A stretch of DNA of 54,258 nt, from contig QPMI01000338.1 in assembly GCA_004431415.1 (NCBI GenBank), positions 1 to 54,258 on the forward strand. Reading direction: 5' to 3'. The notes under the pieces were generated by a model. The model worked only from the letters and a program-made list of their open reading frames with translations, had not been told where the DNA came from and did no database searches. How positions within the stretch are numbered: the stretch's first letter is position 1; each line of letters begins with the position of its first letter. Both the position numbers and the translations under genes were made by a program. Positions 48,328 through 54,258 of this stretch are shown piece by piece. Origin of the DNA: Cyanophora paradoxa CCMP329 (taxonomy: Eukaryota > Plantae > Glaucophyta).

Positions 48328-50214
48328 GACGGAGCCCCCGCGTGCAGAGCACAGGGAGCAGCAGGAGACAGCTGCAGCTGAGGGTTAAATATATGGCCTT
48401 CAGAATCGAGAGTCCAGATGCGAGGGCGCCGAAGCGCTAGCTAGCGCTGTAGCCTGTAGCCGCTCGTCGACCGCCGCGGCCGGCCGGCCAATTTGCAAAC
48501 GCGTTTTGATGATCCTAGCGAAACTCTTCTGCTGCGCATGCGTAAGTGGAAGCTAGCTATAGGCTAGCTATAGCATCGGCGCCGTCACCGTACCGTGCCG
48601 CAGTGCGCGACCCGCGGCTGCGCACCGGGCTGCGCCGCCAGCCATGGCAGTGCACTGTGCAGGCTGCAGCCTGCAGGCTGCAGCTGCCCCCTCCGAGGCT
48701 CCGGCCGCGGGCGCCAGCCTTCAGGCCGGCTGAGGCGGCATGGAGCCGCTGAGGTAAGGCAAGGGCGCATCAGATGATCGGAGGGCAGACGGAGGCGGCC
48801 ACTGCCGGCCAGACGGATTCGGAGACTCGACGGCCCGGGATCGGAGAGATGCCGGCGTGACGTCGACGGCGGCCGACGCGTACGCCGTGACGGCGGCGTC
48901 ACCGGCCCGTCACGGGGTGACGGGGACGGATGAACTTACTTTGAGTTTTTTTTATGCAGATTCAACGGTCGACATCACGACGACACTGTGACATGCAGGC
49001 TGATGCAGCAATGCAGCAGCATGCTGGCATGATGCTGCATGCAGCCTGATGCAGGATTCAGCAGCAGGAACTTTGCCAGGAAGTACTAGTTTCGCAAGAA
49101 TCTGGAGATTGCAATTGGAATCGCAAGTTTCGCAACTTACTGGTATACTATGAAGTCTATGCCATGATCATCGGATGATACATGTACTATGATGATGATG
49201 TACAGTACTACTAGGCTGGTGCGTACTAGTAGCCTTAACTACTGTTCTTAAGTCAGGATTCCTACCCGGTGACCGGTAGCCTCTTATAATTAGGAACGAA
49301 CAAGGAACGAACGGCCCGCGGCCCGCGGCGCCCCGGCGGCCCGCGGCCCGCGGCGCGGGCCCGGGCCCGCGGCTTAGCGGCGGCTACCGTAGTACCCGGT
49401 TTAAATTTAGGTTCATGAAGCGGGGCCGGGGCCGCCGGGCGGCCGCGGTCGTCACGCGTACAGCGTCGACGATCGACGTCGGCGCCGGCCCGGCGAAGGC
49501 GGTCACACCACTGACACGGCCGCGGCGACTCGGCGAGGCGCCCTACCTATGGCCTGCAGCTCAGCGGGTGGTATGCCTAGGCGGCTGCAGGCTGCAGCGG
49601 CACTGCGGCAGCGTTCTTGCCAAGTTGGGGCAAGTTGGGGCCCGCGCAGGCCTGCGGCGCCCTCCCGCCAGGGCCGCCACACGTGCACATACTATGATAC
49701 GGCCCTGATAAGGCGCATGCGCAGCGCAGGCCTAGCTAGCTAGCTTAAATCTCCTTCCGATCGAAGCTCGCCGAGTCGGAAGCGGCGGCGGCCACGTGCA
49801 CGTGCACGCCGGCGGCGGCTTTCAAGCTTGCACGAGTCGCACATGGGATAGTTTCCCGTCGCGCGAGACATCGTCAGGGTCATCGATTGCGCGCGCGTAG
49901 TTCTATATCCCGGCCGAATTTCGAATGGATCCCGGCCGCGGGCAAAGATAATACATGGTTCAAATTGTCTCCCAGTCTACACATGCCTAAACTGCCTCTG
50001 CACTGAAACGAAACGGAATTCGAATGCGGTCCAATGTGTCCTACCTTAACTCTGACTGAGCGGCCGGGCGCGGCGAGCGAGCAAGCTTCGAACGAAGCGA
50101 ACAAACGACGACGAACGGGAGCGGACGGCCGGGGCTGCACAGGGCCGGGGGAGGGGAGAAGGAGAAGAAGAGAAGGAGGAGGAGCCGAGCCAAGGCAAGC
50201 TAGACTGCGGCGGC

Positions 50215-52154
50215 CTACGCGCCGATGTTGAGCCAGTCGCGCGGGGTACGGGTGACCTTGAGCAGCTCCGCCTCGCGCGAGCCGGCCGCCGGCTCGTGGT
50301 CGTACTCCCACCGGGCGGTGAGGGGCATGGACATCAGGATCGACTCGGTGCGGCCGCCGGTGCGGAGGCCGAACTGCGTGCCGCGGTCGTACACAAGGTT
50401 GTACTCGACGTAGCGCCCGCGCCGGATCTGCTGCCACTCCTTCTCCGCCTCCGTGAAGGGCTGGTCCTTCCGCTTCTCGACGAGGGGGATGTAGGCCGGG
50501 ATCAGCGCGTCGGCGCAGTCCTTCTGGAAGGCCATGATCGCCTCCTGGTCCCGGTCGTTCCCTGCGCCCACGAGGCTCAGCGGGGGGTACGGGAGCGCGT
50601 GTGACTTGGGGGGGGGGGGGGAATACGGTAGGGCGGGGGAGGGGAGGAACGTAGGGCGGGAGGGGATACGGTAGGACGGGGGTACGGGAGGGTTGGGGGG
50701 GGGGGTACGGGCGCACAGTCATCGAAGAAGATGCCGCCGACGCCGCGGGTCTCGCCGCGGTGCTTGATGAGGAAGTACTCGTCGCACCACTTCTTGTACT
50801 TGGGGTACAGCGCCTTGTCGTGCTTGTCGCAGGCGTCCTTGTGCACCTGGTGGAAGTGGATCGCGTCCTCCTCGTACAGGTACGAGGGCGTCAGGTCCGC
50901 GCCGCCGCCGTACCACCTGCGCGCGCCCCGCCCCGCCCCGTCAGCTCGACCCGACAGAGGGCCGGCGGCGGCGGCGGCAGCGCGGAGCCGACGCACCAGA
51001 TCTTGGGCACGCCGTCCTTGCCGCCGATCTCGAAGTAGCGATAGTTGAAGTGCATCGTCGGCGCGTGCGGGTTCCACGGGTGCTGCGGCCCCCGCGCCTT
51101 CAGCCGCGCGGAGGGAGGGCGCGAGCGCGCGGGCGGGCGGGCGCGGGCGTGGGCGCACGTTGACGGAGCTAACGCCGCAGGCGAAGAAGGGGACCTCGCC
51201 CGAGGGCCTCTCGACGGGGGCGCCGGTGCCCGGCATGCGGACGGACTGCGCCGCCTGCACGAAGGCCTCCGGGCCGAAGCTGCCGTGCACGCACGAGACC
51301 GCCACGCCGCTCTTCTCGAACACCTGTCCCCGCGCGCGGCCCGCGCGTCGGCGCGGGCGGGGCGGGGCGGGGCGGGCGGGCGGGCGCGCACGTTGCCGCC
51401 CTGCTTGACCATCGTCACGCCGCCGCCGCCGGTCTTGCGGTCCCACGCGTCAACGCGGAAGTCGCCGGAGCCGTCGATCTCCTCGAACGCGGACACGATG
51501 TTGTGCTGCATCCTGCGGGCGCGGGCGGGCCGGCGGCTAAGTCTCGCGCGCGGCTGCGGCTGCTCGCGCGCACGCGTACGCACGAGAGATAGAGGAGCTC
51601 GGCCTTGCGCTTGAGCGGGTCCTCGTTGCAGGGGTGGTCCGCCGGGCGCTCCTTGCCGACCTCTGTGGGCGAAGACGCGAGCAGTGAGTCACGGAGCCGC
51701 GGGCGGCCGCGCGGATGGCCGAAGCGAAGAAGAGAAGCGCGTACGAGTGATTTCGGTGCGGCCACTCTTGAACTTGGTGTCCGCGGCGGCAACCGCGCGA
51801 ACACCGAAGGACGGGGCGACAACCCGCTTGGCCCGAGCGCCACGAACGCGGGCACCAACGAACTCTGCGAGGCGCGTACGTGAGCCGAGGACGCTCCACG
51901 CATCGCGTACGCGATATCTGACGAAATCTGACGAACCCGAGGAAGACGCCGCCGCGGCGAAGCGGGCGGGCTTCGACGAGATGCGAGCGTTGAGGGGCTG
52001 AGCCTGGGGACGTTCGCTTCAGGGCAGGCGAGGAGGATAGAATCGCGCAAGGCGGTTCGGGAGAACGAACCGGAGCCGCGCTGGACGCGGTGACGGGAGC
52101 GGCGGAGCCCGCGCGGGGCAGAGCCGCGAGGGTCGCGAAGGCGGGAGAGGCCAT
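50215..52154 (-). CDS. hemF: Oxygen-dependent coproporphyrinogen III oxidase, plastid-targeted, multi-exon
   Basis: [90 protein letters not shown]. Ser/Ala/Arg-rich transit peptide. Confidence 0.97.
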
Positions 52155-52330
52155 GGTGCTAGCTAGCTGCTGGGCTTCGAACTGACGTGCCCGACAAGTG
52201 CTGGCGTGGCCGCCGAGCCGGAATATCTGACCGTCGATTCTGGGATCGCCCTGTACCCCCCAGTTAGGTGGACGTCAAGGCCTCCGCCCTTCAGTTTGCA
52301 GGGCTACTCGACCTCGGGACGACTACAGCA
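52155..52330. promoter_or_regulatory. 176-bp bidirectional promoter/UTR region
   Basis: Lies between the divergent ATGs at 52154 and 52331. Contains TGACGT at 52183-52188 (+) and 52272-52277 (-), AATATCT at 52222 and GTAC at 52253. Confidence 0.7.
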
Positions 52331-54258
52331 ATGAGCTGCTTCGCCTCCCCCATCCCCATCGTCGGCGGGGCTCGTCCCAGCACTGCGGCCCAGCTGCAGC
52401 CGGCCCGTTCGTCGTTCTTCGGAACCTCTCGGCCTGCAGCGAAGGCAGCCCGCCAGACTCGTTCGCGCGCGTTCGAGGTGAACGCCGTCGCTGTCCCGCC
52501 CCAGAAGGAGCCCAAGTTCGAGGTGCTCCGTGATGGCGTCAAGAAGCCGGGTGCGCGATGCCTCGGCGGCATCGATCAAATCCCATCTAGATTCATCGGA
52601 TGTCCCCTTTTTCAAAGACAGCAGCGCGCGCTGTCGGCCAGCTGTGCCAGTTTGCCTCCTTAACGGCCACGGCACGCGGCGCACTCGCTCCCCCGCCCGC
52701 GCGCGTCCGGGGCGTCTCGTGCCGCCATAAGATAAGATCTTCGTGCACGTGCGATTTGATGCAGTGCAAGGGTCCCCCGCCGGGGCGGCCACGCAATCAT
52801 GTGGGCGTGCCGACGCTAATATCTGCCCATCCGCAGCCGCGGAGAGCATCCTGACCCCCCGCTTCTACACCACGGACTTCGACGCGCTTGAGAACGTGAG
52901 TCTATCCTATTCCGCTTGCCTCTCATCGCTGCGCTTCGAACGTGATTTGAGCATGCCGCCGCAGCTGGACATCTCGTTCAACCTCGAGGAGATTGAGGCG
53001 ATCAACCAGGAGTTCAAGAACGACTACAACCGTGACCACTTCGTCCGCGATGAGTCGTTCTCGTCGAAGGACTGGGATGACATCAAGGGCGACACCCGTG
53101 CGCCGCCGCCGCCGCCGCCGCGCCGCCGCCGCAGGGGCCGACGCGTGCGGCAGGCCGCGTGTTCATCGAGTTCCTGGAGCGGTCGTGCACGGCGGAGTTC
53201 TCGGGGTTCCTGCTGTACAAGGAGATCGCGCGGCGGATCAAGCACAAGAACCCCGTGCTCGCGGAGTCGATGGAGCTGATGGCGCGCGACGAGGCCCGCC
53301 ACGCGGGGTTCATTAATAAGGCGCTGTCGGACTTCAACCTCCAGCTCGACCTCGGCTTCCTGACGAAGAACCGCTCCGTCCGCCCGCCCCGCACGTGCAC
53401 GCGTGCTTCGCCTCTGACGCCTCGGGCGCGCAGTACACGTACTTCGAGCCCAAGTTCATCCTCTACGCCACCTACCTCTCCGAGAAGATCGGCTACTGGC
53501 GCTACATCAAGATCATGCGGGTCCGCCGCCGCGCTTGAGCTGCCTCCGCCCGCACCCGCCCGCGCACCGCCTGAGACGCCGCTTCCGCGTGCGCAGCACA
53601 TGCAGGCGAACCCTGAGTGCATGGTGCGCAGGGAGCCCGCGCGCCGGCCGGCTCGCAGCCCCCGCACGCGCGCGGGCGGCCGCTGACGCGCGCCCCGCCC
53701 GCGCCCGCTGCCGCGCAGGTGTACCCGATCTTCAAGTACTTCGAGGAGTGGTGCCAGGACGAGAACCGCCACGGCGACTTCCTCGACGCCCTCCTCCGCT
53801 CCAACCCCCAGGTCCCCACCCGCCGCCCCGCAGCCCCGCGCCCCGCCGCCGCGCTCGCTCTCCGCTGCTGCGCCCGCCGCTGACGCCGCGCTCCGCTCCG
53901 CTCGAACGCGCAGTGGCTGAACGGCGTCCAGGCGCGCCTCTGGTGCCGCTTCTTCCTCCTCTCCGTCTTCGCCACCATGTACCTCAACGACTGTGCGCCC
54001 GTACCCCCCTCCCGCGCGCATCCCGTACCCTCCTCCCGCTCACTCCCGCCGCAGGGCAGCGGCGCGAGTTCTACGAGGCGATCGGCATCGACGCGCGCAG
54101 CTACGACCGCGAGGTGATCGTCGAGACGAACCGCACCTCGGCGCGCATCTTCCCCGTCGTCCTCGACCTCAACGAGAACTTCTGGAAGTACATGGACGAG
54201 GTACCCCCCTCTTCCCCCCCCCTCTTCCCCCCCGGGCGGCAGAGATTTGATCTGACGC
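52331..54258 (+). CDS. acsF: Mg-protoporphyrin IX monomethyl ester oxidative cyclase (AcsF/CHL27/CRD1), plastid-targeted, 3' end outside the window
   Basis: [72 protein letters not shown] (two di-iron D/ExxH motifs). Transit peptide MSCFASP...SSFFG...AFEVNA. Confidence 0.98.

Overview
GC-rich eukaryotic nuclear DNA from a photosynthetic organism with many short introns, many of them GC-AG. Two plastid-targeted proteins have transit peptides with an early Phe (MASPAF..., MSCF...), which suggests a glaucophyte such as Cyanophora; this is an inference, not a database result. From left to right: (1) 1-9.5 kb is an apparently intronless, strand-skewed block whose minus-strand reading frame runs into about 43 copies of a 126-bp (42-aa) coding repeat. 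(2) 9.5-28.3 kb is a tandem array of four mosaic ~5-6 kb units. Each unit pairs a multi-exon parallel beta-helix + BTB/POZ gene (minus) head-to-head with a 113-116 nt Pol III-type tRNA-like gene (plus). That RNA has a near-invariant acceptor, D and T body, but a long variable hairpin where the anticodon arm should be. This is the most unusual feature in the window. (3) 28.6-33.1 kb holds a 4x78-bp repeat, two paralogous unknown genes and an F-box gene or fragment. (4) 34-54 kb holds conserved genes: a CABLES-like cyclin-box protein, a 10.5-kb TmcB/C-like PAS membrane protein, and a divergent pair only 176 bp apart encoding O2-dependent coproporphyrinogen III oxidase and Mg-protoporphyrin IX monomethyl ester cyclase (the latter truncated at the window end). 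Exon structures were read by eye and are approximate.
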